Below, piece after piece: positions 46,782 to 56,923 of a DNA stretch of 64,000 bases. Below the pieces are notes generated by a model. It ran no database searches. It was not told where the DNA came from and saw only the letters and a list, made by a program, of their open reading frames with translations. The stretch's first letter is position 1. The number at the start of each line of letters is the position of its first letter. The stretch is taken from sequence record MK817115.1. One strand, 5' to 3'. The translations under genes were made by a program, and so were the position numbers.

Positions 46782-49571
46782 TTATAAATCACGGAAACGA
46801 TTTGGTGTGTTTAAGCGGTACATTGAGTATAATCCCAATCCACGCATAATCTCACCTGCCCAGAAACCAAAAAACATACCATTATCAGTACCTTCTCTAA
46901 CTGCTGGACTCCATGAACCATTCATTGGTGAACCTGGATTTACAATAACATAATTCTTTTGAAGTTCGAGAACTAAGTTATCAGCGAGTGTTGTTAGACC
47001 TTCTATTTTACATCCAGCCAATCCAGCAGCACAAGCCCCAGCTAACCACAACCCACACATATGACCTGTAAAGTCCCAATCTGGACCTTCAACTGTGCCA
47101 TCTTTATTGAAGATTGTTGGTGAACGACCATCATTATCTTTTTGAAATTGAATTAAAAAGTGAATCCAATTCTCACAAAATTCAACAAGATCTGCTGGTG
47201 GTTCAATTCCTCTCTCTGCGAGTTCTTGCCATGCTCTGGCAGCCCCAAAGAACGCACGTGGTTCATACCCACTCCATGCTTGATCACCCCAATGTAGCAT
47301 AGTAAATGTATCTGGTTCACCATATTTTAAGTTATCCCAGCGGTTCCAAACATATGCTTGTGCACACGGACCAACAGTACCGAATTGTTGAGTAAACCAT
47401 GTTTGGGAATCTTTCATAAAGCTTAACATGTTTCCTAAGCGTGTGTTATCTACTGGCTGGTCTTTAAAACAATATATCACAGGATATTGATAACCTGGAT
47501 ACGGTAAACCACGCCATCCTGAATACTGGTTCGCATACGGGTCAGTGATGTTAGAAAATGGTATTGTTCCTGGTGTGTAATGCAATGAGTTTAACAAATA
47601 ATCCTTGATTACACAATCCCCTAACTGTGCAGTATATGGTGATTCACCTGCAATTGTTATTGAAAATGTCATAGTATAGTCATCACCGTCAGCATCCGTG
47701 TATAATTCTGGAATGTCATTAATACAATACCAATCAATTATTGCAGCAACACCATCTACTGGGGTTGTATCAGGTAAAATAGTAATATCTTCTAGTTCAC
47801 TATAAACTGGTGCATCTGGTCTTGGGTCAGAACTTGGATGATTTGGCTGATACCCAGATAAACGTAATGTATCGGAACTTAGTGTGATTGTAGTCCATTC
47901 CCCGTGTGTTGCAGGAATCATCCACCACCATCTCCAACCATTATCATCTACAATTCTTATATTGTAATCATCTTCATATGAACGATAGGTAAAAGATTTA
48001 ACTTCAGACTTATTTGTTGCTAATAGCCAAAATCCAATAACAGCACCATCATCTTCACCACAAACTAACTGATTAATGGTATCGCGGCGTGTAACTAATA
48101 TATCAGTACTATATATCATTTCGGACGTTGCTGCACCATAAGGAACAACAATTCTATTATCAGCAATTATATAAGGGGAACCATCTGCTTTCTTTTCTCT
48201 AACAAATGCACTTAAAGGTGTTAATGAATGTGTGATATTTTGGTCTTTACTTTCCGGTAAGCCACAACGATAACGAACAACATCATGGTCATTTTTTGTT
48301 TTTGACAATTCCAGTACTGGTTTAAATGATAACGGCTTACCATCATCACATACACCACCATAGTCTACAAGTAATTTAGAATCAGCATTGACCCTGAACC
48401 AAATAGCTTGTTGTTCCATAGTACTTTGTGCACTTTGGTCTTGCCTGATAGTAATATATCCTAGAGAATTTCTACCAAACTTAGCAATAGCATCACTAGG
48501 ATAAAAATATTCATAGGAAATACCATCAGTGAATGGTGTGGTTACAATTGTACTTTGTCTGAAAAATTTATCTCTGGAGTCAATATCACCATAAGCATAA
48601 CACGTTAGTAGTGAACATTTCCAACCCAAATAATGTTTTCTTTCTTTTGTTATTTTATATAACAAATAAGAAGCATCACTAAACCATAATTCTGCATCTG
48701 ATGCGTTATCAGCAAATTCCAAATCAATTGGAACATGAAGAGGGCGGTTGTGTTGCATTTCATTTCGTTGAATTATCACACCACCATATTCTACTGGTTG
48801 ACGATTTGCAAAATTTAATTTATATACACCATTAATTGTTGTATTCTTTAATTGAACAGTTCCTTTTTCAGATTCGTCAAAACCTTCTGCTAAAATATTA
48901 CCATCCCAGTCGATTTTTCTACCCATGAAATCGATAATCCAGTCAACATCATATTGTTCACCTGGTGTATCCCAATCAACACTACCATCTGGTAATAATG
49001 CTTTTACTGAAGCATTTATTTGGTTCCATGCTAACGCACCTTTGAATGCAAATGTCACTTTATCCAAGAACTGACCATAATATGGTGCACCATGTGGTAT
49101 TTTACATTGACCATTAGTAAATGTAAATTCTACTCCCTTGAAACCACCATGTGTGGGCCAGCCATCATCAGCTAAAGGCCAGTTAGCCAATATAGGTTCT
49201 TTGGCATTAACTATCCAGTTACATTGTAGTGGTGTAGGTGGATCTGGTAATTCACGTCCAGCATAAAAGTACTGATGATATGCGTCCCAATACCACTTTG
49301 CCTTATCTAAAAACATTGGATCATTTGTTGCCAGATACGCATAAATGTATCCTAAAATTAATAGACTTTGACCTTCTGTTGTCCCGTCACCGTTTGGTTG
49401 ACCTTCCATTGCAGAATAGTTAATAAAATGACGGTTGTTCGCCAAAACACCCTGATTATTCACCACATAATGTTGTACTGTTGGGTCTATTGTATCACCA
49501 GTATTTCTTTCAATAAATTTGTGATGCCCATAAAGAAGTTGTACAATATTATCAATATTATTGTTTAACAT
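46782..49571 (-). CDS. Glycoside hydrolase family 8-like (alpha/alpha)6 protein with large insertions, probably virion-associated
   Basis: TTEGQSLLILG (GH8 catalytic-acid motif) and NASDAELWF (GH8 A(T/S)DAD-type motif); located among tail genes. Confidence 0.65.
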   Translation of the reverse strand: MLNNNIDNIVQLLYGHHKFIERNTGDTIDPTVQHYVVNNQGVLANNRHFINYSAMEGQPNGDGTTEGQSLLILGYIYAYLATNDPMFLDKAKWYWDAYHQYFYAGRELPDPPTPLQCNWIVNAKEPILANWPLADDGWPTHGGFKGVEFTFTNGQCKIPHGAPYYGQFLDKVTFAFKGALAWNQINASVKALLPDGSVDWDTPGEQYDVDWIIDFMGRKIDWDGNILAEGFDESEKGTVQLKNTTINGVYKLNFANRQPVEYGGVIIQRNEMQHNRPLHVPIDLEFADNASDAELWFSDASYLLYKITKERKHYLGWKCSLLTCYAYGDIDSRDKFFRQSTIVTTPFTDGISYEYFYPSDAIAKFGRNSLGYITIRQDQSAQSTMEQQAIWFRVNADSKLLVDYGGVCDDGKPLSFKPVLELSKTKNDHDVVRYRCGLPESKDQNITHSLTPLSAFVREKKADGSPYIIADNRIVVPYGAATSEMIYSTDILVTRRDTINQLVCGEDDGAVIGFWLLATNKSEVKSFTYRSYEDDYNIRIVDDNGWRWWWMIPATHGEWTTITLSSDTLRLSGYQPNHPSSDPRPDAPVYSELEDITILPDTTPVDGVAAIIDWYCINDIPELYTDADGDDYTMTFSITIAGESPYTAQLGDCVIKDYLLNSLHYTPGTIPFSNITDPYANQYSGWRGLPYPGYQYPVIYCFKDQPVDNTRLGNMLSFMKDSQTWFTQQFGTVGPCAQAYVWNRWDNLKYGEPDTFTMLHWGDQAWSGYEPRAFFGAARAWQELAERGIEPPADLVEFCENWIHFLIQFQKDNDGRSPTIFNKDGTVEGPDWDFTGHMCGLWLAGACAAGLAGCKIEGLTTLADNLVLELQKNYVIVNPGSPMNGSWSPAVREGTDNGMFFGFWAGEIMRGLGLYSMYRLNTPNRFRDL

Positions 49572-49572
49572 A

Positions 49573-50200
49573 TCATACTCCTGCTCTAATTAATGCACCG
49601 TACCATGTAACTCCTTTATCATATGTTTCTAATGAAATAATATCTTTTTCACCAATTTCATAAGAAAGAACAACTGGTCTGTTATATGACCATTTAACAT
49701 TAGAACCCCAATTAACTAGGTTTGAACCTGTTTGTTGTGTTAATAGGATGGTAATTGAATAAACTTCAGTAGGAGCCGTACCAATCGAAATAGTAGTATT
49801 TCTATCAGATAAATTAATATTAAAAACAGAATTGCCCGACAGTGGATTAATTAAAATATTATTAGAACTTAATACATTATATAACTTATTACTTGCACTA
49901 TCATATAATGTTACCCATTCTGTTTCATGATTCTCGTTAGTAGCTTTAGCTTTTATCTTAACATTATTTTCAGAATCAGTCATTCCAGTCCATCCAGATA
50001 TAATAAAAGAACTGTTTTTATTAGTTCCGAATGATGCAATCACAGAATCACTAAGAGAACTATCTTCACCATCAATAGATCCGAGTACTGACAATGTTAA
50101 AACCATCATTTTTAATGTCTACACCAGTAGCACCAGAAAAATTATTTTGAAATTTAATAACTCCGGTAGTGTGGATATCTGTGAAAATTTGTTGTGCCAT
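49573..50200 (-). CDS. Tail fibre-type protein, apparently frameshifted at an A5 run near 50110
   Basis: AGGA RBS and TAAATA precede MAQQIFTDIH (50200). The C-terminal fibre-tip domain is in the +1 frame (ORF 49573..50109); span 628 nt = 3n+1. Confidence 0.6.
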
Positions 50201-50277
50201 ACTTAATCCTTGTGTTAATTTATATTGAGTATTTATTGAGTGTAATGGCATTTTTAGTACCATTACACTTGTATATG

Positions 50278-51510
50278 TTACTTATACCATTGCATTTCTC
50301 TAATATCAATGATAATTTTTGATGCTAACTTGATGTTTGGTTTTTTAGGAAGTACTGATTTCTTATATAGAACATCACGAATGTATTGTACTTTATCATC
50401 GAAATATTCTAATACTTCTTCATACTTCCATTTACCATTACGAATATCCATCAACATTTGTGCATCTGGTCGTTTAACTTGAATAATTCCACTTTGTAAC
50501 GCTTCTTCTGCACTATTCAAAAGTCGGATTGTGTGCATAGCATGTTTACAATCGTATCCGTGTTGTGATTCTAAAATAGCACGTTTGGCATTACGATTTT
50601 CTTTCCATTTATGATAACTTTTCCTATTCTCACTATTTTCCTGATATTCTTTTTCGTTAAATTTGACAATTAGTTCTGGTTTGGTTTTCAACTCTTCAGT
50701 ACTACGTTCTTTTGAAAAATAACGCAATGAACCATCATGGTTAATAGTGCTTTCATTAGGATTCTTAACAATCGCAAAAATGTTTTCTCCGTAATGAATT
50801 AGTTCATAACCATTATTAAAATTCAATAAATTGAAATCACGATCAAGAATTTTTTCAGTAGTGTAGTTATGCACTAATCTTACGAAATGATATTGCTTTA
50901 ATGGATTTTTCGAAACTAACTGCAATGATGTATCACGCATATATTTTTCAAAATCAATCTTTTTAGCATTAAATGGATGTAAGTTGGATGTATCTAAACG
51001 TTCAACAAGATACTGTGGGAATGAATCATACATCCACGCAAGAACCTCATCGACAGGGTGTTCTTCTAAAATCTCATTTAATCGTTTTTCAGCAATACGC
51101 TCTTTATCCATCCAACCGTGATGATTTGTCATACGCTTAATCTGATTATATGCATATCCAGTGTATGAAAATGCAATCTTGGAACTAAGAAGTTTTTGGT
51201 TAAATGAACGAAGATAGTCATAAATTTCAGTACTTTCCACAATGTGTTCAGGTTCAACCCAAAGTGATTCAAGAATATTAGGGTTAGCTTCAGTGTATAA
51301 TTTTAAATACTGATTCAACTCATAGAATTTAGTATCTTCTTCGCTTTTGTCAGCTACCTCGTTGACCTTATAGAAGGGTGTAAGAATAAATTCTTTATTA
51401 GCAAGAAAAATACCACGATAATCAGTATCACTTTCCGGTGTACTGGTTCCGTAGGCTTGTGACCCAGCCAAGTGTTTCACTATTGTTTGTTCAATATATT
51501 GGTTATTCAT
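50278..51510 (-). CDS. Pol-beta superfamily nucleotidyltransferase (RlaP/PF10127-like)
   Basis: LAGSQAYGTSTPESDTDYRGIF (GS...DxD), ANPNILESLW and GYDCKHAMHTIRLL...DIRNGK. Confidence 0.85.
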   Translation of the reverse strand: MNNQYIEQTIVKHLAGSQAYGTSTPESDTDYRGIFLANKEFILTPFYKVNEVADKSEEDTKFYELNQYLKLYTEANPNILESLWVEPEHIVESTEIYDYLRSFNQKLLSSKIAFSYTGYAYNQIKRMTNHHGWMDKERIAEKRLNEILEEHPVDEVLAWMYDSFPQYLVERLDTSNLHPFNAKKIDFEKYMRDTSLQLVSKNPLKQYHFVRLVHNYTTEKILDRDFNLLNFNNGYELIHYGENIFAIVKNPNESTINHDGSLRYFSKERSTEELKTKPELIVKFNEKEYQENSENRKSYHKWKENRNAKRAILESQHGYDCKHAMHTIRLLNSAEEALQSGIIQVKRPDAQMLMDIRNGKWKYEEVLEYFDDKVQYIRDVLYKKSVLPKKPNIKLASKIIIDIREMQWYK

Positions 51511-51908
51511 AGATAAATTGTTAACTCCTTTAAGAAACCATTATAATAACGATTAAAGTCATGTTCTAATGTTTTATAATCATCAAAACTAAAACCTAAA
51601 TTGATAATTGTATCTTCTTGAAAGAAAGTTTCTTCATTCATACATTCAATAGGTTCGTAATTAATTCCACCTTTGAAAACTTTTGTAAAAAACATTCCAT
51701 CATTATTAATTTCAACATACATAAAATTATTTTCTGGGTCACGAGGACAGACGATATTCAGTGAACTATTTCCACTTGTATTGTACTCATAAGAAATTAT
51801 ATCAAAAGAATCAATACCATAACACTTAGATTTTTCTTTATCGCCAAATACTTTTCTATCTGTACTCATATTGCGTATAGTGCTATAGATATCATCAACT
51901 GTAGTCAT
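51507..51908 (-). CDS. Hypothetical protein, expanded paralog family
   Basis: C-terminal EETFFQEDTIINLGFSFDDY. Confidence 0.55.
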   Translation of the reverse strand: MTTVDDIYSTIRNMSTDRKVFGDKEKSKCYGIDSFDIISYEYNTSGNSSLNIVCPRDPENNFMYVEINNDGMFFTKVFKGGINYEPIECMNEETFFQEDTIINLGFSFDDYKTLEHDFNRYYNGFLKELTIYL

Positions 51909-51910
51909 AG

Positions 51911-52420
51911 TTAACCACCATACTTTGACTTGTATGTTTCAAGTGATAAAGATATACGATTTTGCTTTTTAATTCTTTCATCAATATCCTTTGAATTCTT
52001 CACACTTCGGTATACGTCAGCTAATAAATTATAATCTTCTTTATTTGAGCTATGCTGTGTCCAACCTATGTCTGTTTTAATACGAACATTTGCTTTATTT
52101 GACGAGTAAAAGAAACTGAAACCATTTGACCCATCAAAAATATCAAAAGTATCTACCCAATCACCATAAGGAAAACTCATCGGGACTGACTCGTGGTCGA
52201 TTGTGATATCCGATAAATTTTTTGAACAGTACTTCGCAAAGTGATAAACAATTGGATCACATTTAGATAATTCATATTTGTATTCAATGATAGTTTTTCT
52301 ATTAGCATCATTGATAGCATATTCTTTCATCAATGGGCTTTTTTTGATGATAAGAGTCCACAGAAACGATTCTAATCCGGTTTCATCAACTTTTTGTTTC
52401 TTTTTGAAAAATGAAATCAT
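51911..52420 (-). CDS. Hypothetical protein, tandem paralog 1 of 3
   Basis: KKSPLMKEY...DANRKTIIEYKYELSK block shared with the next two genes. Confidence 0.6.
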   Translation of the reverse strand: MISFFKKKQKVDETGLESFLWTLIIKKSPLMKEYAINDANRKTIIEYKYELSKCDPIVYHFAKYCSKNLSDITIDHESVPMSFPYGDWVDTFDIFDGSNGFSFFYSSNKANVRIKTDIGWTQHSSNKEDYNLLADVYRSVKNSKDIDERIKKQNRISLSLETYKSKYGG

Positions 52421-52938
52421 TTATATAAACCCTTAATTTTCTGTCTATTATGTATATCATTTTGCTGGATTTTCAATTTAGTAAGGTTGTTTCTTACACC
52501 TTCAACTCCACGCATTATTTGTAACATAATTAGTGATTCGTCATATGTTAGTACATTGCTATTATTATCGATATATACTTTCACTCCACTTTCAAGATAA
52601 TCATTTTCTTTGGAGTTAAAGTTTCTAATAGCAAACTTAACGCCATTTGATGTATCACTGAAAACATATCGTTCCGCACCGTAGAATGTTTTTCCACGAA
52701 ATAAACCGCCGTCTTCCCACTTCCAACGACTAGATTCATAATCATTAACGTAATCAATGATTAAAGAAAGTAAAGGGTGTTTGCTCAATTTATATTTTGC
52801 ATCTAACAGGATACGTCTATCATTATCTGTGGTGATAATATCCTTTAGTGAGTAGCTTTTAGATATAATTTTAAAGATAATTTCATGCCAAATTAAAGTA
52901 CTGTTTTGTTTTCCAACTGATCCAAAAAACATATCCAT
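52417..52938 (-). CDS. Hypothetical protein, tandem paralog 2 of 3
   Basis: SKSYSLKDI...DNDRRILLDAKYKLSK. Confidence 0.6.
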   Translation of the reverse strand: MDMFFGSVGKQNSTLIWHEIIFKIISKSYSLKDIITTDNDRRILLDAKYKLSKHPLLSLIIDYVNDYESSRWKWEDGGLFRGKTFYGAERYVFSDTSNGVKFAIRNFNSKENDYLESGVKVYIDNNSNVLTYDESLIMLQIMRGVEGVRNNLTKLKIQQNDIHNRQKIKGLYK

Positions 52939-52944
52939 TCCTCA

Positions 52945-53511
52945 TTAGTATAAATCAGTAATGTCTTTGTATGCATTAATCTGTTTTTGTTGTAATGAAA
53001 GTTCATTGAGTTTAGTTACCATTTTATCTACACCAACACGTGTATAGAAAATAATAAATGAATCTAAATTGCCTAGAGTAATTCTTGAACTGTAATTTGA
53101 AAGTTTTCTTGCATAAACATAAATTTCTTCTTCACTTGGTAAACGTTTCTCAATCGGCCAGCTTTCCACACCATTCGGCTCATAATCGATTTCAAATTCA
53201 ACTCCCATCACTGTGTCTTGAATGAGATCCGTATATGAACCACCGTAAAAATACTCTCTTGGTTTGGCTCTCCAACGAGGACTAAATGGGTCAGATGCGT
53301 ATTCTTTTACAAATTTGTAAAAGGACATTTTACTGAGCATATACTTCATCTCAATTAGTGCTTTGCGGTCATCATCAGTTTTAAACTCTGCTTTGAGCGA
53401 TGGACTTTTACACAGTAACTTAACTAAATTGATGTACATCTTTAATGTACGTTGTTCTTTCATTTCTTTGATTTTGTGACGTTTTGGTGGCGGTAATAAA
53501 GATTTGACCAT
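52945..53511 (-). CDS. Hypothetical protein, tandem paralog 3 of 3
   Basis: CKSPSLKAE...DDDRKALIEMKYMLSK. Confidence 0.6.
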   Translation of the reverse strand: MVKSLLPPPKRHKIKEMKEQRTLKMYINLVKLLCKSPSLKAEFKTDDDRKALIEMKYMLSKMSFYKFVKEYASDPFSPRWRAKPREYFYGGSYTDLIQDTVMGVEFEIDYEPNGVESWPIEKRLPSEEEIYVYARKLSNYSSRITLGNLDSFIIFYTRVGVDKMVTKLNELSLQQKQINAYKDITDLY

Positions 53512-53578
53512 AATTTCCTCCTATTTTTATTCAATTATACACATAAAAGAAAAGCCCGTCAATAGACGAGCTTTAAAT

Positions 53579-56308
53579 TTATTTCCAACGTGTACCTGGA
53601 CCTGATGGTACACCAGTACTGGCAGGTATCGCTGAACCACGTTTCGTTGTACTTGGACGATATGTCAAAAAACGAGTTACTTTTTCTGTATCAATTGAAG
53701 TTATTCCTGAAGTTCCAGTAACTATCTTACCAATGTAAGTGCTAGTTAAAGATTCATCAATTGTTTCAGTACTAATAACATATGACGCTTTCTTAGTATT
53801 CCTGTTCATTTGTATATACAAATAGAACGTAGTATTAGCTGGGTTACTTTTTACAGTACTTAAATCAACACTTTGTATAGGTAGTCTGTCGAAAATTCCA
53901 CCTAAAAACACCGGAACTTCACGTGTAAAGTACACTGAGAATCCTTGTGCAACGTCTTGTGATACTACCACAATCTTTTCTTTAACGCTACCATTTCCAC
54001 TAATTAAACCATCCATTTCAGCAGATGTTGTACCAAAAACGCTGAATACAGATTTGGTTTGATAGTCAGAATCTTGAAAATTGTAATATCCAAAACCAAC
54101 ACCAGGAATAACACCATGTTGATATGCTGCACCAAGTTGGATGTAACTAGATGATAAAAAACGATTTGATGTTATGACACCATCTACTGTTTTAGCTATC
54201 ATCATCTTAAATTGTGCATTACCTGGTTGTGAAAATTGATGAACAGCATCAACACCAATGTAACCAAATCCTGAATATTTTGCAACTGTTAGACCAGTAC
54301 AACGTTTCATATATGCTTCAGTAATAATTCCTGTAACAGAACTAAGTGTCTCATATCTAGTACTCACCAATGTAGCTGAAGTTATGTTAGTTCCAGATAA
54401 TACAACATCAACTTCGGCATAGATTGCATAACCTTGGTTATTGTTAAGATTATATGCTGAAACTACTGCGATGGATTTAGAAAAAGTATTATCAGGTACA
54501 TAATATAATACAATTTGTCCAGATAGTGTGCCAACAATGCCAGAGTTTCCTATATTAGCAAAAATATCTTGTTTTAATGATTCTAATACCGTTGGTTCTA
54601 TTGTATATGTTTCATCAAATTCTAAAGTATCTGGGTTTAATAATCCACCACTTGTTTTATATACACCTTCAATGAATGATGTTCCATAGCATCTAACACT
54701 ACCATCGGTATCAACAAGAGAAATCATAGCAGTGTATGTAAAATCATCGCCTATTTGTTTACGATTAGATTGTGGTGCAAAACCATTTAATGTAGTATTA
54801 TTTTGAACTGAGTTATATTGATATGTTGGTTGTGAACCTATTTCAGAAAAAACAGTATTATTATAATTATATGTTACATCATCATACGTACCAGAACATG
54901 CTAATAATATTTTTCTATTATCGATGAAACGTACACCTAAAAGGTTTGCACCAACAGCACTACCAAAAACTGGTAAAACGTTTGCATTTATAACGTTACT
55001 TGCGGTTCTAGTACTGGCAACCCATGAATCAAACGGTGTACCACTAACCTTATATCGTTGTAGACCATAAAATTCAGTTGAACTCCATCTAAATTTAGAT
55101 GCAAATACCAAACCATCTTTAGTTTGACATAAACCACCTGCGTTTCCTAATACACCAGCAGCAGTTGTCCCTGTGAAGTTGACCATATTAATTTCAAATG
55201 GGTTAGAAACTTGAAATCCATTATTATATGAAACAGTTGCAGGTGCACGAGCACTACCATCTAGTGACATAGATTTTGAGTTTATATTATAAACAAAACT
55301 TATTCCAGTACCATAAACTGTTGAAATATACAAAGGTGTAACCATTCGATGTGTTGGATATAAAGTTACACGTATTTTTGATAAATCAGTACTAACGTTG
55401 GCTTGAATGTTAAAGTCTGTATAGTCTGAAAATTCTACACGTGATACTGGTGATGTAACTTCGAATAATGAATCCGAGCTAGTACCAACACTATATAATT
55501 TATCGAACACTCTTATGTTATTAGATGCAGAATAACTTGTGTTTCGAACAGTTTGACCTGATAACCCAGTAACTTTTGTTAATGATGCCATTGAGCTTGC
55601 TTTCACATCACTTAGCTCTACTGTATAAATTGAAAGTGCTAATCCTAAATTAGAAACACTTTTATCTTTACACCAAATATAAACCTTTGTCCCAACAATA
55701 TGTGTATATATTGGCATATCATTACCAAAAGAAGTACTTGGCACTTTAGCATGAATATGTGATATTTCGTTAAATGTGCCATTGGTTATAGTAAAAATAT
55801 AATTATCTTCAGTACTTAAACATCCAAGCATCTCATAACCATTAGAGCCAATAAAATACTTAATATTTTCAGTACTACTCATAATTGAAGGTTTATACAT
55901 TGAATTGGTTGAAATAACACTTTCTTGTGAAATCATAGTTATATTTCGGAGTTCTCGTATAAATGAATAATAAAAACCTTTAGTACTACCATTGGTTCCG
56001 CTACGCAGAACAACGGCGGTTCCATCATCTTCAATAATTGTTGGCTGAACTACTTGGTCACTTGACATAGGTGTAGCACCTTCATACGACCCACTTACGT
56101 TTAATGGTAAGTAATCCATTTCTCCTACACGTGATATAGGCAACATATCTAAAATACTTTGAACTTCTGAACGCTTATATATTGGATATTGAACAATTCC
56201 AGTATTGGCATTCGGTGAGGTTCCATTAAAAGTACGCATAGCGTACCTTTGTCCAATTGCCAAGTTCCCAAGGATCTCGGCACTTCCTATAATTCGTTTT
56301 GATGACAT
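53579..56308 (-). CDS. Tail fibre/receptor-binding-like structural protein (~909 aa), paralog of 56924..59620
   Basis: AGGA RBS before MSSKRIIG (56308); EDDGTAVVLRSGTNGS, VSQDVAQGF..YFT and C-terminal G.P..W shared. Confidence 0.7.
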   Translation of the reverse strand: MSSKRIIGSAEILGNLAIGQRYAMRTFNGTSPNANTGIVQYPIYKRSEVQSILDMLPISRVGEMDYLPLNVSGSYEGATPMSSDQVVQPTIIEDDGTAVVLRSGTNGSTKGFYYSFIRELRNITMISQESVISTNSMYKPSIMSSTENIKYFIGSNGYEMLGCLSTEDNYIFTITNGTFNEISHIHAKVPSTSFGNDMPIYTHIVGTKVYIWCKDKSVSNLGLALSIYTVELSDVKASSMASLTKVTGLSGQTVRNTSYSASNNIRVFDKLYSVGTSSDSLFEVTSPVSRVEFSDYTDFNIQANVSTDLSKIRVTLYPTHRMVTPLYISTVYGTGISFVYNINSKSMSLDGSARAPATVSYNNGFQVSNPFEINMVNFTGTTAAGVLGNAGGLCQTKDGLVFASKFRWSSTEFYGLQRYKVSGTPFDSWVASTRTASNVINANVLPVFGSAVGANLLGVRFIDNRKILLACSGTYDDVTYNYNNTVFSEIGSQPTYQYNSVQNNTTLNGFAPQSNRKQIGDDFTYTAMISLVDTDGSVRCYGTSFIEGVYKTSGGLLNPDTLEFDETYTIEPTVLESLKQDIFANIGNSGIVGTLSGQIVLYYVPDNTFSKSIAVVSAYNLNNNQGYAIYAEVDVVLSGTNITSATLVSTRYETLSSVTGIITEAYMKRCTGLTVAKYSGFGYIGVDAVHQFSQPGNAQFKMMIAKTVDGVITSNRFLSSSYIQLGAAYQHGVIPGVGFGYYNFQDSDYQTKSVFSVFGTTSAEMDGLISGNGSVKEKIVVVSQDVAQGFSVYFTREVPVFLGGIFDRLPIQSVDLSTVKSNPANTTFYLYIQMNRNTKKASYVISTETIDESLTSTYIGKIVTGTSGITSIDTEKVTRFLTYRPSTTKRGSAIPASTGVPSGPGTRWK

Positions 56309-56324
56309 CTTTCTTTTCCTTAAT

Positions 56325-56912
56325 TTACCAACCAATTGTACCAGTTTCTGATGGTTTTCCAGTACTGACTGGGAATGAAGAACCTTTTTGTGTAACACTA
56401 GGTCTATATGTACTAAATCTGGATACTTTATTAATGTTTATATTTGTAATACCACTTGTACCAACGGTCAGTGTTCCAATAAACATTATAATTTCAGATT
56501 CTTGTATTTGTGTTGGTGATATTTTATAAATTGGTTCACCGAGAACTAACGTTGCATATACGTATTGTGTTTGTGTTCCAGATGAAACAGTTGAAGCAAA
56601 AATAGAAACTGCTGGAAATTTATAAAGATAACCACCAATAAATGATGGTATCTGTCTATTAAATGTAAGACTATAGCCTGATGAAGTAATATTTAGACTA
56701 GCGTCATCATACAATTCTCCGTATTGTGTAAGTGGTAATCCATTGACAATAAAGTTAACTTCATCTTTGGTAATAGAGGGGAATGTACATTCCCCATTTG
56801 AATTTGTTGGGTAATAAGTCATATTATTACCTAATACACCAAGACCAGTACTTTTACCCTGAACTGTAACTTGTTGCATTGCCTTAAGGTCTGCTCTTAT
56901 TTTATATGCCAT
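56325..56912 (-). CDS. Short paralog of the flanking tail proteins (195 aa), lacking the central domain
   Basis: LPLTQYG N-module joined directly to the C-module YVYATL...RFSTYRPS...GSSFPVSTG.PS.TG..W. Confidence 0.7.
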   Translation of the reverse strand: MAYKIRADLKAMQQVTVQGKSTGLGVLGNNMTYYPTNSNGECTFPSITKDEVNFIVNGLPLTQYGELYDDASLNITSSGYSLTFNRQIPSFIGGYLYKFPAVSIFASTVSSGTQTQYVYATLVLGEPIYKISPTQIQESEIIMFIGTLTVGTSGITNININKVSRFSTYRPSVTQKGSSFPVSTGKPSETGTIGW

Positions 56913-56923
56913 TATGTAATCCT

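Noticed and set aside
56308-56398. Apparent 74-nt overlap between 53579..56398 and 56325..56912
   Set aside because: An artefact of the longest-ORF start; the RBS supports the start at 56308, which removes the overlap
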